Shown one piece after another: positions 19,272 through 29,877 of a stretch of DNA of 64,000 bases. Numbering within the stretch: the first letter of the stretch is position 1; every line of letters begins with the position of its first letter. A program made the position numbers and the translations under genes. Origin of the DNA: an uncultured Gemmatimonadales bacterium (GTDB lineage Bacteria; Gemmatimonadota; Gemmatimonadetes; Gemmatimonadales; Gemmatimonadaceae); NCBI GenBank assembly GCA_963701965.1, contig OY969695.1, forward strand, positions 2,272,001-2,336,000, in the 5' to 3' direction. The notes beneath the pieces were generated by a model, which saw nothing but the letters and a program-made list of their open reading frames with translations, was not told the origin of the DNA and searched no databases.

Positions 19272-20794
19272 TTCAAGTCACCCGTCCGGGTCTTCGTCCA
19301 GATCACGACCGTCTCGCACGATGTCCCCGGCTTGCTGTATTCCGCCGGCGTGTCGACGTCGCTGTACACCTCGACCGCTTCGACCTCGGTCGGGCGCATG
19401 AAGTCGTTGAGGTCGCCCGGCGTCTGCTCCGCATACGGCACACCGTCGAGGACGTAGTTGACGCACGATCCGCCGACGCCGCGCGACCCTTGGAGGACGG
19501 GCTGGCCGGTCGAGTAGTCGACGTGAATGCCCGGCATCGTCGTGAAAATGTCGGTCATGTACGTCGGCAATTTTCCCTCGATCTGGTCACGGGTCAGAAA
19601 ATGCCCCAGACCCATCTTCTTGCGTTGCTCGAACCCGACTTTCTGCAAGCCGGTCTGAGCCGCGGCCGTAACCTTGATCGGGTCCAGGGTTGGTGGCGCG
19701 ATCTGCAGGGTGAGCGCGACCGTGCGCGGCTCGCGCAATGTGAGGTCGACGGGCTGCGTCACTGGCGAAAACCCGACTTTGCGCACGACCAGCGTCTGTG
19801 TGCCCGACGGGAGATTGCGCAGGTTGAAGTTCCCGGAGCTGTCGGTCACGGTGGTCGAGACCGCTCCGACCACCGTGATATTGGCCCCAGCGATCGGACG
19901 GTCCGCCGCATTGACGATGCGCCCGTTGGCCACGGCGTGGCCGCTGCGGAGGCCGGTCGCTTTCGATACTGGCGCCGGGGCCGGGGCTCCGGGCGCGGGT
20001 TTGGGCGTCGAATCCACGACGGCGACGACGGTCGTCGTGTCGGGCTTGGCCGTGTGCAGCGTCACGACCTGAATCGTGGTCTCGGTGAAATCGACCGGGA
20101 CGTCAGCCGTGGCGTAGCCGCTGAACGTCGCGCGCACCGCGGCCTTTGTACCCGCCGGGACTCCGCAGATGTGGTACGACCCACTGTTGTCGACGATCGA
20201 CTCGCGATACCGCTGGATGTGCTTGACGCCGATGTCGCGCCCCACCTCCAGCTGCGACCAGACCATCGAGACCTTGGCGCCCGTCGATGGATTGTCGGTG
20301 TCGGCGTCCAACACACGCCCGACCACGACCCCGGGGCCCGTGATACGCTTTTCCGGAGGACAGAACGTCCCCGCAACCGTCGCCTGCGACGGAGTCGCCA
20401 GCGCGATGAGGGCGTACCGGCCCGCGGGGAACGTCACCGGGTTGGTCTGGATCCCCACCCCAATCGAGTCGAGCAGCGGGTGCACCAGCGCGATCTTGTA
20501 GTCGCCCGGCGCGATGCTGTCGATCCGGAAGTGCCCGGTCGAGTCCGTCACCCCTTGCCGGTCGGTCCCCATGATGGTCACGGTGGCGCCGATCAGCGGG
20601 CCGCCGTGAATGCTGTCGGCCACGACGCCGACAGCGCCGGAGATCGGCGGACCGGCCGCCTGAGCCGGCTGAGCCGGCTGGGTGGGTGACGGGGCCGCCG
20701 GCGGAGTGGCCGGTGGCTTGGTGGGCTTCGTTTGTTGCGCCTGGCTGTGCGAGAATGCGCACGCCAGGAGAAAGGCGGTCGTTGGCCAACGCAT
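19268..20794 (-). CDS. Secreted protein with carboxypeptidase-regulatory-like repeats and a C-terminal TonB plug-like domain, no barrel
   Basis: Signal peptide; repeated G.V.D...P..GA.V...TDS.G.F; C-terminal GFEQRKK.G.GHFLTR, VEAVEVY, VVIWTK. Confidence 0.75.
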   Translation of the reverse strand: MRWPTTAFLLACAFSHSQAQQTKPTKPPATPPAAPSPTQPAQPAQAAGPPISGAVGVVADSIHGGPLIGATVTIMGTDRQGVTDSTGHFRIDSIAPGDYKIALVHPLLDSIGVGIQTNPVTFPAGRYALIALATPSQATVAGTFCPPEKRITGPGVVVGRVLDADTDNPSTGAKVSMVWSQLEVGRDIGVKHIQRYRESIVDNSGSYHICGVPAGTKAAVRATFSGYATADVPVDFTETTIQVVTLHTAKPDTTTVVAVVDSTPKPAPGAPAPAPVSKATGLRSGHAVANGRIVNAADRPIAGANITVVGAVSTTVTDSSGNFNLRNLPSGTQTLVVRKVGFSPVTQPVDLTLREPRTVALTLQIAPPTLDPIKVTAAAQTGLQKVGFEQRKKMGLGHFLTRDQIEGKLPTYMTDIFTTMPGIHVDYSTGQPVLQGSRGVGGSCVNYVLDGVPYAEQTPGDLNDFMRPTEVEAVEVYSDVDTPAEYSKPGTSCETVVIWTKTRTGDLK

Positions 20795-20826
20795 GTCTAA
20801 TTGTACGCCAGTACCGCCCCGCCTGT

Positions 20827-21858
20827 TCAGGTCCCGCCGAACAATCGCATGATCCGGGACGCCCGGTTGTTGGGCGTCTGCGCCGCCGCCTCGAACGCGT
20901 CGGCCATCTCGGGCGCCGTGCGGTACCGGTGCTCGGGATCCCGTTCCATCCCCTTGAGCAGCACCTTCTCGACGGCCGACGACGCGTTGATGTCGGGGCG
21001 CGCCCGCCGGATCGGCGTGGGCGCGTCCCGGAGCCGGGCGATCATGAGCTCCTGCTGGGACTTCCCCTCGAACGGGAGCTTGCCGGTCAGCATCTCGAAT
21101 GTCATGAGCGCCAGCGCATAGACGTCGGTCCGCCCATCGAGGGGCTTCCCGCGCAGCTGTTCGGGGCTCATGAACTCCGGCGTGCCCAGCACGATGCCGG
21201 TCGCGGTCAGTTTCTCGAGCTCGGCGCCCGCCCGCCGCTCCTTGGCCAGTCCAAAATCCATGACCACGGCCCGATCATCGATCGAGATGATGACGTTCTC
21301 GGGCTTGAGATCCCGGTGGACGATCTTGAGATCATGCGCCACTTGCAGCGCGGACGCGATGTCGCGCACGTAGCGGACGACCTCGGCCAGAGGCAGTTTG
21401 CCCAGCCGGTACGTCCGGTCGGCCAACACCTCGCCCTCGATGTAGGGCATGACAATGTAGACCATGCCCTCGGCCGTCTGCCCGAGGCGCTTGATGTGGC
21501 AAATATTGGCGTGCTCGAGCCGCTGGCCGACGTCGGCCTCGCGCCGCAACCGCGCCATCGATGTCGCATCGGTCGAGAGAGCGGGCGACAGCACCTTGAT
21601 CGCCACGCGCTCGCCCGTCTCCCGATCCGTGGCGAGGTACACGTACGACATGCCGCCTTCGCCCAGCTTCGACTCGATCTTGTAGCGCCCGTCGATCGTC
21701 CGGCCGGACAACGTCGCATACTCCGGGGGCGGCGTCTTACGGGCCGGGGGATCGGCCGCTCCGACCGCGCGCGCCACGGGCAAACGCGTCCCATCGCGCG
21801 TGCAGAACTTCGCGGTGTCCGCGTACGTCGCACCGCAGCTCGGACAACGCAGAGACAT
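20827..21858 (-). CDS. Hanks-type Ser/Thr protein kinase with N-terminal zinc ribbon
   Basis: CPSC...FCTRDG; LGEGGMSYVY, VAIK, HRDLKPEN, DFGLAK, GTPEFMSPEQ. Confidence 0.93.
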   Translation of the reverse strand: MSLRCPSCGATYADTAKFCTRDGTRLPVARAVGAADPPARKTPPPEYATLSGRTIDGRYKIESKLGEGGMSYVYLATDRETGERVAIKVLSPALSTDATSMARLRREADVGQRLEHANICHIKRLGQTAEGMVYIVMPYIEGEVLADRTYRLGKLPLAEVVRYVRDIASALQVAHDLKIVHRDLKPENVIISIDDRAVVMDFGLAKERRAGAELEKLTATGIVLGTPEFMSPEQLRGKPLDGRTDVYALALMTFEMLTGKLPFEGKSQQELMIARLRDAPTPIRRARPDINASSAVEKVLLKGMERDPEHRYRTAPEMADAFEAAAQTPNNRASRIMRLFGGT

Positions 21859-21862
21859 TCGT

Positions 21863-23353
21863 TTAAGTCCTCACGCAGTTACGCCCGTCGGCCTTCGCCC
21901 GGTACAGCGCGGCATCCGCTTGCGCAAACAGGTCTTCGGCCGTATCGACACGCACGGACGGAAAGGTCGCGACGCCGATGCTCCCCGTCAAACGCAATCC
22001 GCCGCTCGACCCTTCGGCACCAATGACCGCGAATGGCTGGGCTTCGATCCGTTCCCGAATACGCTCGGCGAACGCGACCGCACCGGCCTCGGCAGTTTCG
22101 GGAAGGACGATCACGAATTCCTCGCCGCCGTAACGCGCCACGACGTCGACGCTGCGCACGGCGTGCTGCAGCAGAACCGCCACTTCGCGGAGCGCGTCGT
22201 CACCCGTCAGATGGCCGTACGTGTCGTTGATGCGCTTGAAGTGATCCAGGTCGATCATGAGCAGCGTGACGACGGAGTTGTACCGGCGGGCGCGATCGAG
22301 CTCCGACGTCAAACGCAGGGTCAGCGCGCGCCGATTCAAGACCTGGGTCAGCGGATCGGTGTGGGCCAGGGCCTCGAGGCGCGCGTTGTCAGCCTTGGTC
22401 ATCTCGATGACCTGGGCGCGCTGAATGGTCGCGACCGCGGCCTTGATGACGGTGTCCGCGAACTCGACGTCCTCGGCCGACAGGGGCGGCTCTTCACCGG
22501 TGCGGCGGAGAAAGAACACGCCGGCCTGCGTCCGATCGAGGCTGAACGGCAGCGCGATCACCGACCGGATGGCGACGCCCAGGCCTTCCCGATCCCACTC
22601 CAGACGGGTGTCGGCGTAGAGGGGACTGGTCGACAGATCCTCGATCAACACTGCCCGGCCGGAATCGAGCGCCGCGCGGATCTCGGGATATTTCTCCAGC
22701 TGGATCTCGAGGTTGCGGAGCGCGGGATTCTCGTACGCGGTCGCCACGATGCCGATCGCGTCTCCGGGCCGGGCCAGAATCACCGAGCAATGCGAGAGAC
22801 TGAGCGCGCGCGCCACGCGGCGCGCCAGGATGTGATAGATCTCGTCCGACGAGAGATCGCCGGTGACTTCGTGGAGGATGTCCACGAGCTTGCGGCGACT
22901 CTCGGCTTCCTCGCGGGCACGACGCAACTCCTGCTCGGTCGTGCGCAAGGCTTCGTGCGCCGAGCGGAGCGCGGCGCGAATGCGGAGCTGGGCCTGGATG
23001 CGGGCCAGCAGCTCGCGGACGCGAAACGGCTTGCGCACGAAATCGGCGGCCCCGAGGCCGAGTGTGCGAACGGCGGCCTCCTCGGGCGGGAGCGCCGATA
23101 CCATGAGCACCGGCAAGTCGCGCCACCGCTCATCCGCCTTGATGCGCTCCAGCGTCTGATAGTTGTCCGCGCCCGGCAGCGAGACGTCGAGCAACAGGAG
23201 GTCGGGCGGCGATTCGTGCTCCAGACGTTCGAACAAGGCCTGGCCGCCGTGGGCGGCGCTCACGTCGTACCCCTGCTCCTTGAGCACCCACGCCATGGTC
23301 TGCAGCACGGCCGGATCATCGTCGGCGACGAGGATCCGCGTGTGGGCGATCAT
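21863..23353 (-). CDS. Diguanylate cyclase (REC-GAF-GGDEF)
   Basis: ILVADDD, LLLLD, KPF receiver; DPLT, DLDHFKRIND.YGH, RSVD I-site, ARYGGEEF. Confidence 0.92.
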   Translation of the reverse strand: MIAHTRILVADDDPAVLQTMAWVLKEQGYDVSAAHGGQALFERLEHESPPDLLLLDVSLPGADNYQTLERIKADERWRDLPVLMVSALPPEEAAVRTLGLGAADFVRKPFRVRELLARIQAQLRIRAALRSAHEALRTTEQELRRAREEAESRRKLVDILHEVTGDLSSDEIYHILARRVARALSLSHCSVILARPGDAIGIVATAYENPALRNLEIQLEKYPEIRAALDSGRAVLIEDLSTSPLYADTRLEWDREGLGVAIRSVIALPFSLDRTQAGVFFLRRTGEEPPLSAEDVEFADTVIKAAVATIQRAQVIEMTKADNARLEALAHTDPLTQVLNRRALTLRLTSELDRARRYNSVVTLLMIDLDHFKRINDTYGHLTGDDALREVAVLLQHAVRSVDVVARYGGEEFVIVLPETAEAGAVAFAERIRERIEAQPFAVIGAEGSSGGLRLTGSIGVATFPSVRVDTAEDLFAQADAALYRAKADGRNCVRT

Positions 23354-23556
23354 TCTAGGGAAGGAGGAGATGAGGGCAGGATGGGCTCGACGTCCGGACG
23401 GACGCTCCAGAGTATGCTACTAAGCGACCTCGAGTAATACCCCAGTATTGAGCGGAGTGCCGCCGCGAAGGCGGCACAGCGCAGTAAAACGAACGTCTAC
23501 AACGATTTAGACCACTGACTGCCGCTCGACGAGCCAGGTCACATCTCCGGCGCGCG

Positions 23557-26067
23557 CTACTCCTCGACTTCGCCGTCGACCGGCGCCGTGTCCGCGCCGC
23601 CCACCTCGGCCTCACCGGCCTCCTCAGGCACGACACGCGCCACCGCCGTCACCAGATCGCCATCGTCGAGTTGAACGAGCTTCACGCCCTGCGCGATGCG
23701 GCCGGTCACCCGGACCTGCGCCACCGACGACCGGATGATCACACCGTGCTTCGTGATCAGCATGATCTCGTCCTCGGGCAGCACCTCCATCACGGTCACG
23801 ACGTCCCCGGTCCGCTCGGTGCGATTGACCGTGATGATGCCTTTGCCCCCGCGCTGCTGCACGCGGTACTCCTCGAGGCGGGAGCATTTGCCCATGCCCT
23901 TTTCGGTCACGACCAGGATGGTCGCGTCGCGCTTGATCACGACCATGCCGACGACGGCGTCGGTCGCGGCCAGCTCGATGCCTTTGACGCCCGTCGTGTC
24001 CCGCCCCATCGCCCGCACGTCCGACTCGTGGAACCGGATCGAAAGCCCGTGCCGCGTCGCGAGAATGATGTCGTTCGAGCCGTTCGTGATCTGCACGTCG
24101 ATCAGCTCGTCGTCCTTCTCGACCTTGATGGCCTTGATGCCGTTCACGCGCGGATTCGCGTACTCCGACAGCACGGTCTTCTTCACCGTCCCGCGCCGGG
24201 TGCAGAACAGGAGATACTGGGTGTCGGAGAACTCGCTGACCGGCAGCAGCGCCTTGATGTTCGTCTCGGGGCTGACGTTGATCAGATTGACGATCGGCTT
24301 GCCTTTCGTCGCCCGGCCGGCCTGCGGGATCTCGTGCACCTTGAGCCGGAAGCACCGGCCGTCATCGGTGAAGACCAGGATGTGATCGTGGGTCGACCCG
24401 ACGAACAGGTGCTCGATGAAGTCCTGGTCTTTGAGATCTTGCCCGGACAGGCCGCGGCCGCCCCGGCGCTGGCGCCGATACGTGGAGACCGACGTCCGCT
24501 TGATGTAGCCCGAGTGCGAGACCGTGATCACCATGTCCTCCTCGGCGATCAGGTCTTCGATGGTGAACTCGCCTTCGTCACTCGTGATCTCGGACCGGCG
24601 CTCATCGCCGAACTTGTCGGCGATCTTCCCCAACTCGTCTTTCAAGAGCTTCATGCGCTTGGGCCGCGATTCCAGCAAGGCGCGCAGCTCCTTGATGGTC
24701 CCCCGCACCTCGGCCAACTCGGCCTCGAGCTTCTCGATCTCGAGACCCGTGAGCCGGGCCAACCGCATGTTGAGGATCGCCTCGGCCTGCCGCTCGCTGA
24801 GCTTGAACCGCCGCTGGAGCTGCGTGCTGGCGGTTGGCGCGTCCGGGGCCTTCCGAATGAGCGCCACGACCTCGTCAATGTTGTCGACGGCGATCTTGAG
24901 CCCTTCGAGGATGTGCTCGCGCTCCAGCGCCTTGTCGAGCTCGAACTGGGCGCGCCGCACGATCACCGTGTGCCGGTGCGCGATGTAGTGCTCCAGGAGC
25001 TCCTTCAGACCCATGACCTTCGGCACCAGCTGCTGCGTCGCGGCGTCGGGCACCAGCGCCAGCATGATCACGCCGAACGTGGCCTGCATCGTGGTGTGCT
25101 TGTAGAGCTGGTTGAGCACGACCCGGGGAATGACGTCGCGCCGCAGCTCCATCACGATCCGCCGGCCTTCCCGACTGGTCTCGTCGCGGAGGGCGGTGAT
25201 GCCATCGAGCTTCTTGTCGTTGACCTGCTCCTTGATCTGCTCGACGAGCTTGGCCCCGCTCACCTGATAGGGGAGCTCGGTGACGACGATCTGCGACTTG
25301 CCGTTCTCGCGCTCTTCGATGACGGCGCGCGCGCGCATGACGATCCGGCCGCGACCGGTGTCCTGATAGTCCTTGATGCCCTGCCGGCCGTAGATGTACG
25401 CGCCCGTGGGGAAATCGGGACCCTTCACGAGTCGCCGCAGCTCGCCGATGGTGGTCTCCGGATTGTCGATCAGCGCCACGCAGGCGTTGATCACTTCGCG
25501 CAGGTTGTGCGGCGGAATGTTCGTCGCCATGCCGACCGCGATGCCCGACGACCCGTTGACGAGGAGATTGGGGAAACCGGACGGCAGCACCCGCGGCTCC
25601 TCCAACCGGTCGTCGAAGTTGGGCGCGAAATCGACGGTGTTCTTGTCGATGTCGGCCAACATCTCGATCGCCATCGCCGTGAGACGGGCCTCGGTGTAGC
25701 GATAGGCCGCCGCGCGATCGCCGTCGGCACTGCCGTAGTTGCCCTGTCCATCGACGAGCGGATAGCGGAGCGAAAAATCCTGCACCATGCGGACGAGCGC
25801 TTCGTAGACCGAGCTGTCGCCATGGGGGTGGTACTTGCCGAGCACGTCGCCAACGACGGTCGCCGCCTTCTTGTAGGGCCGCCCGGGCACCAGGCCCAGC
25901 TCGTTCATCGCGAACAGCACCCGGCGATGCACGGGCTTGAGCCCGTCGCGCACATCGGGAAGGGCGCGCGACACGATGACGCTCATCGAGTAGTTGATGA
26001 ACGACTCTTTGATCTCGTCGTCGATCAGGCGCGGGAGAATGCGCTCGCGATTGTTCGGTGCGGTCAT
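23557..26067 (-). CDS. gyrA: DNA gyrase subunit A
   Basis: [29 protein letters not shown], GyrA-box QRRGGRG, C-terminal blades. Confidence 0.97.
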   Translation of the reverse strand: MTAPNNRERILPRLIDDEIKESFINYSMSVIVSRALPDVRDGLKPVHRRVLFAMNELGLVPGRPYKKAATVVGDVLGKYHPHGDSSVYEALVRMVQDFSLRYPLVDGQGNYGSADGDRAAAYRYTEARLTAMAIEMLADIDKNTVDFAPNFDDRLEEPRVLPSGFPNLLVNGSSGIAVGMATNIPPHNLREVINACVALIDNPETTIGELRRLVKGPDFPTGAYIYGRQGIKDYQDTGRGRIVMRARAVIEERENGKSQIVVTELPYQVSGAKLVEQIKEQVNDKKLDGITALRDETSREGRRIVMELRRDVIPRVVLNQLYKHTTMQATFGVIMLALVPDAATQQLVPKVMGLKELLEHYIAHRHTVIVRRAQFELDKALEREHILEGLKIAVDNIDEVVALIRKAPDAPTASTQLQRRFKLSERQAEAILNMRLARLTGLEIEKLEAELAEVRGTIKELRALLESRPKRMKLLKDELGKIADKFGDERRSEITSDEGEFTIEDLIAEEDMVITVSHSGYIKRTSVSTYRRQRRGGRGLSGQDLKDQDFIEHLFVGSTHDHILVFTDDGRCFRLKVHEIPQAGRATKGKPIVNLINVSPETNIKALLPVSEFSDTQYLLFCTRRGTVKKTVLSEYANPRVNGIKAIKVEKDDELIDVQITNGSNDIILATRHGLSIRFHESDVRAMGRDTTGVKGIELAATDAVVGMVVIKRDATILVVTEKGMGKCSRLEEYRVQQRGGKGIITVNRTERTGDVVTVMEVLPEDEIMLITKHGVIIRSSVAQVRVTGRIAQGVKLVQLDDGDLVTAVARVVPEEAGEAEVGGADTAPVDGEVEE

Positions 26068-26121
26068 ATCAAAAACTTACCCGACAGCCCGCGGTGGCGC
26101 AACGCGAACCCTAGCGTGCAA

Positions 26122-26907
26122 CTACTTTAATGACATGGGCTTATCGTCAGCGACGCCGGTGCTGTTCGCGGCGTCCTCCCGCTCGTGGGCCGCGGCGTCC
26201 CGCTCGATCGCCTCGCGCTCCGCCCGGTACGCCTCGTACCAGTGGCGCGTGATCTCGCCAGCCAGCTCCCGGTTGCCGAGCCCGAACGCCAGCGCCAGCG
26301 CCAGCGCCACGGCGCCGAACAGGATGGCGAATGCCGTCGTCACGATCTGAGTGGCGACGCCGAGCTCCTGGAGGGCCATGAACACGGCGAGGAGGATCAC
26401 GCCACCGCGGCCGACGCGGGCCAACGTCGGACCGCCGCGCAACGCGCCGGCCGAGGCCATGATCAGGCCGCCCACGAAGGCCCCGAGGACGTTGCCGATC
26501 ATGATGATCACGATCGCGGCGATGACGCTCGGGATGTATCCCACCAGCTCGGTGAACACGCCCGACAGGGATTCGCCGAGGGCGTCGGCCGCCACCAATA
26601 GCGCGGCGAACATCACGAACCAGAACGCGAGGTTGGCCGCGACCCGCGTCGGGTCCATATGCGACCCGGAACGCTCCACGGCGTCCATGACACCGCCGCG
26701 TTCCAGCATCAGGTTGAACCGCACGCGCCGCAACAACCGGCGGGTGACGCGCTCGACGAGCGCCGCCAGCAAGTAGCCGACGAACACGATCACCAGCGCG
26801 CCCAAGAGCGGCAGCACGTGGTGCGCCATCTCCGTAAAGCTCGTTTGGATGCGATCGATCGCCGACGCCTGCGGCGTGGTCGCGGTCGTATCGACCTGTA
26901 CTAACAT
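26122..26907 (-). CDS. TM-helix repeat protein (small-conductance mechanosensitive channel-like, CmpX-type)
   Basis: Hydrophobic helices; YIPSVIAAIVII, ALQELGVA, ALALALAFGLG.RE. Confidence 0.75.
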   Translation of the reverse strand: MLVQVDTTATTPQASAIDRIQTSFTEMAHHVLPLLGALVIVFVGYLLAALVERVTRRLLRRVRFNLMLERGGVMDAVERSGSHMDPTRVAANLAFWFVMFAALLVAADALGESLSGVFTELVGYIPSVIAAIVIIMIGNVLGAFVGGLIMASAGALRGGPTLARVGRGGVILLAVFMALQELGVATQIVTTAFAILFGAVALALALAFGLGNRELAGEITRHWYEAYRAEREAIERDAAAHEREDAANSTGVADDKPMSLK

Positions 26908-26917
26908 GGGCAGCGCG

Positions 26918-27145
26918 TCATGTCCTGGTCCCCCGCTTCACATCAAAAATGGCGCTGCGCCGGCACGAGGGGCAGATGAGCCAGTCGCGGTTGCGCGCGT
27001 ACCCGAGGCCAAACGATCCGCCGCCCAGGCGTTTGCGGCGCATGGGCGTCCGGCACCGCGGACATTCGGGGTCCTGCCCGGCGGCCAGTACGGCGCGCAT
27101 GGTCCTGAGCTCGGCATCGTCGTACTGCGCTTTGGGCTCAGTCAC
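26918..27145 (-). CDS. Small zinc-ribbon protein
   Basis: CPRC...CPSC; start overlaps the thioesterase end. Confidence 0.7.
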   Translation of the reverse strand: MTEPKAQYDDAELRTMRAVLAAGQDPECPRCRTPMRRKRLGGGSFGLGYARNRDWLICPSCRRSAIFDVKRGTRT

Positions 27146-27518
27146 CGGTCAGGGCCGGGCGCAAGGCGTCCGGGATGGGAATGGTCCGCTGCGACTGATA
27201 GTCGAACATGACCTGCACGGTCGATCCTTCGGCGACCAACCGGTCGTCGCGCGTGTCGACGATGCGGTAGGTCCAGACCCAGGCTTTCGTGCGCATCTCG
27301 GCCGTGGTGATGTCGATGGCCAGCGGGTCGCCGTACTTGGCCTGGCTCACGTAGCGGATGCGCGCTTCGGCGATGATGAAGTTGAAGTCGGCGGTGACGC
27401 CCGCGAGCCCGGTCCACACGTGCCGCCGCGCCATCTCGAAGTACGAGAGAAAGATCGCGTTGTTCACGTGCCCGCGGATGTCGTAGTCGCTGTACCGGGT
27501 CTGGAGGGCGATGCGCAC
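27138..27518 (-). CDS. Acyl-CoA thioesterase (4HBT/YbgC hot-dog family)
   Basis: RYSDYD.RGHVNNA.FLSYFEMAR; GTG start at 27518. Confidence 0.88.
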   Translation of the reverse strand: MRIALQTRYSDYDIRGHVNNAIFLSYFEMARRHVWTGLAGVTADFNFIIAEARIRYVSQAKYGDPLAIDITTAEMRTKAWVWTYRIVDTRDDRLVAEGSTVQVMFDYQSQRTIPIPDALRPALTGD

Positions 27519-27519
27519 G

Positions 27520-28566
27520 TCAGGCGTCTCCGGCGACGGTGAGCACGATCTTTCCGAACTGCTCCCGATGGGCCAGCCGTTGATACGCTTCGCGCCCGCG
27601 CGCCAGCGGATACACGCCATCGATGACCGGCGCGAGCCGTCCGGCGCTCAACTCGGCCGTGATGGCGTCGAACTCGCGATCGTTTCCCATGGTCGATCCC
27701 ATGAGCGACCACTGGTTCCAGAATAACCGCCGCACGTCGGTCTCGACCATCGGTCCGGACGACCCGCCGCAGGTGACCAGTCGCCCGCCCCGGCCCAGCG
27801 CGCCCAGCGACGAGGCCCAGCTCGACGTGCCGACGCTGTCGATGACGACGTCCACCCCGCGTTTGCCGGTACGGGCCCGCACGTCCTTCGCGACATCGGT
27901 CGTCGCGTAGTTGATGCCGACTTCCGCGCCCAGCGCGACGGCGCGGGCCAGCTTGGCATCGGAGCTCGAGGTCACCCAGACGCGGGCGCCGAGCGCGCGC
28001 CCGATGGCCATCGCGGCGAGCGCGACCCCGCCGCCGATGCCCTGGATCAACACGATGTCGCCCGCGCGCACGCGGGCCCGCGTCACCATCATCCGCCACG
28101 CGGTCAACGTCGCCAGCGGAAACGCGGCCGCCACGTCCATCGGCGTCTCCCGGGGAATGCGGCGGACGTTGAGGGCGTTCACGACGAGGAGCTCGGCGAA
28201 CGTGCCCGGCAAATGCTCGCCGATCACGCCGAACTTGACGCACTCCGACTGTTCACCCGCGCGGCAGTATTCGCAGGTCCGGTCGCTGACGCCGGGATTC
28301 AGGATGACATGGTCGCCGGGCGCGACCGTGTCGACGGCCGGGCCGACGGCATCAATGACGCCCGCGGCGTCGCAACCGACGATCCACGGCGGGACGATCG
28401 TGAGACCGGGCAGTCCCGCGACGACGAGCAGATCGAGACGATTCAGCGCGGCGGCGTGGACCCGGATGCGGACATCCGTTGGTGCGGCGAGGTCGGGAAC
28501 CGGGAGGTCGGTGCGATACGCGAGCTGGTCCAGCCCCCCGTGCGCTGCAATGGTGAGTCCTCGCAC
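27520..28566 (-). CDS. Zinc-binding dehydrogenase/quinone oxidoreductase (MDR family)
   Basis: [19 protein letters not shown]...[22 protein letters not shown]. Confidence 0.9.
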   Translation of the reverse strand: MRGLTIAAHGGLDQLAYRTDLPVPDLAAPTDVRIRVHAAALNRLDLLVVAGLPGLTIVPPWIVGCDAAGVIDAVGPAVDTVAPGDHVILNPGVSDRTCEYCRAGEQSECVKFGVIGEHLPGTFAELLVVNALNVRRIPRETPMDVAAAFPLATLTAWRMMVTRARVRAGDIVLIQGIGGGVALAAMAIGRALGARVWVTSSSDAKLARAVALGAEVGINYATTDVAKDVRARTGKRGVDVVIDSVGTSSWASSLGALGRGGRLVTCGGSSGPMVETDVRRLFWNQWSLMGSTMGNDREFDAITAELSAGRLAPVIDGVYPLARGREAYQRLAHREQFGKIVLTVAGDA

Positions 28567-28626
28567 CCGTTCTCTCGCCGGTTATATTCCCAAACGAAAA
28601 TCTCTGGAAAGCTACGGGGAAACTCG

Positions 28627-29877
28627 ATGATTGCCATTAAGGTGCCGCCGCTCGGTGAGTCCATCGTCGAGGCTACCGTGTCCCGCTGGACCAAACAGCC
28701 AGGAGACGCGGTTGCGGCCGGGGAGACGTTGGTCGAGCTGGAGACGGACAAGGTGACCGTCGAGGTCCCCGCGCTCCGCGCCGGTGTTCTCGTCTCCCAC
28801 GCGCACGCCGAGGGGGACATCGTCAAAGTCGACGAGCCACTCGGCGAGCTGGACGACGAGGCCGTCCCGGCGACGCTGGGCGCCGCCACGCTCGGCGCCG
28901 CCAGCACTGTGAGCGCGGCGCCAGCCGCCGCCACGCCCGCGGCCGCACCAGCACCAGCACCAGCACCAGAAAGCGTGCGGGCCGCTCCGTCGGCGCAACG
29001 CGTGGCGGCCGAACGCGGGGTGGACCTGGCGACCGTCAAGGGCACTGGCCGGGGAGGCGTGGTCAGTAAGCCGGATGTCCTCGACAAGCTGGCGCGCCCC
29101 GAGAAGGCGCCGGCCGGCGCGCCTAGCGCAGCGCCTAGCGCAGCGCCTCGCGCGCCGGCGCCCGTCGCGCCGACAAATGGCGCGCGCGAGACCCGCGAAA
29201 AGATGTCGACGCGCCGGCGCCGGATCGCCGAGAACTTGCTGCAGTCGCAGCAGTCCACGGCCCATCTGACGACATTCAACGAAGTCGACATGTCGGCCAT
29301 CGCGGCGCTCCGCGACCGCCTGCGGGAGCGCGTGGAGAAGGAGCAGGGCGTGCGGCTCACGTACATGCCCTTCTTCGTCAAGGCCGCGTGCCACGCGCTG
29401 GCCCAGTACCCGGTCGTGAACGCCCAGATCAATGGCGACGCGATCGTGTACCGGCATTATGTGCACATGGGGATCGCGGTGGCCTCCGACCAGGGCTTGG
29501 TCGTGCCCGTGGTCCGCGACGCCGACAGCAAGGGCATCCTGGCTACGAGCCGGGAGATCTCGGCCCTCGCGGGGCGCGCCCGCGAAGGCAAGCTGTCGCT
29601 CGACGACCTCGCCGGCGGGACCTTCACGATCACCAACGGCGGCGTCTTTGGCTCGCTGGTCTCGACGCCGATCCTCAACTATCCGCAGGTCGGCATCCTG
29701 GGCCTGCACAAGATCCAGGACCGCCCGGTGGCGATCAACGGGCAGGTCGTGATCCGCCCAATGATGTACATCGCCTTGTCCTACGACCACCGTCTGGTGG
29801 ACGGCCAGCAAGCCGTGTTGTTTCTGGTCCGGATCAAGGAGTTGATGGAAGACCCGGCCAGCATGTTGGTCGATTAG
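28627..29877 (+). CDS. sucB: 2-oxoglutarate dehydrogenase E2, dihydrolipoamide succinyltransferase
   Basis: [16 protein letters not shown] lipoyl Lys, [33 protein letters not shown]. Confidence 0.93.
   Translation: MIAIKVPPLGESIVEATVSRWTKQPGDAVAAGETLVELETDKVTVEVPALRAGVLVSHAHAEGDIVKVDEPLGELDDEAVPATLGAATLGAASTVSAAPAAATPAAAPAPAPAPESVRAAPSAQRVAAERGVDLATVKGTGRGGVVSKPDVLDKLARPEKAPAGAPSAAPSAAPRAPAPVAPTNGARETREKMSTRRRRIAENLLQSQQSTAHLTTFNEVDMSAIAALRDRLRERVEKEQGVRLTYMPFFVKAACHALAQYPVVNAQINGDAIVYRHYVHMGIAVASDQGLVVPVVRDADSKGILATSREISALAGRAREGKLSLDDLAGGTFTITNGGVFGSLVSTPILNYPQVGILGLHKIQDRPVAINGQVVIRPMMYIALSYDHRLVDGQQAVLFLVRIKELMEDPASMLVD

Noticed and set aside
23671..26130. Long antisense or alternative-frame ORFs (819 aa opposite gyrA; also 4418..6415, 21800..23437, 37041..39188, 53163..55370, 60992..62773)
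   Set aside because: Shadow ORFs expected from high-GC codon bias; no motifs and fully overlapping confident genes
28860..29170. Short tandem repeats (GCACCA x4, GCGCCTAGCGCA x2) in sucB
   Set aside because: Ordinary Ala/Pro linkers of E2 subunits
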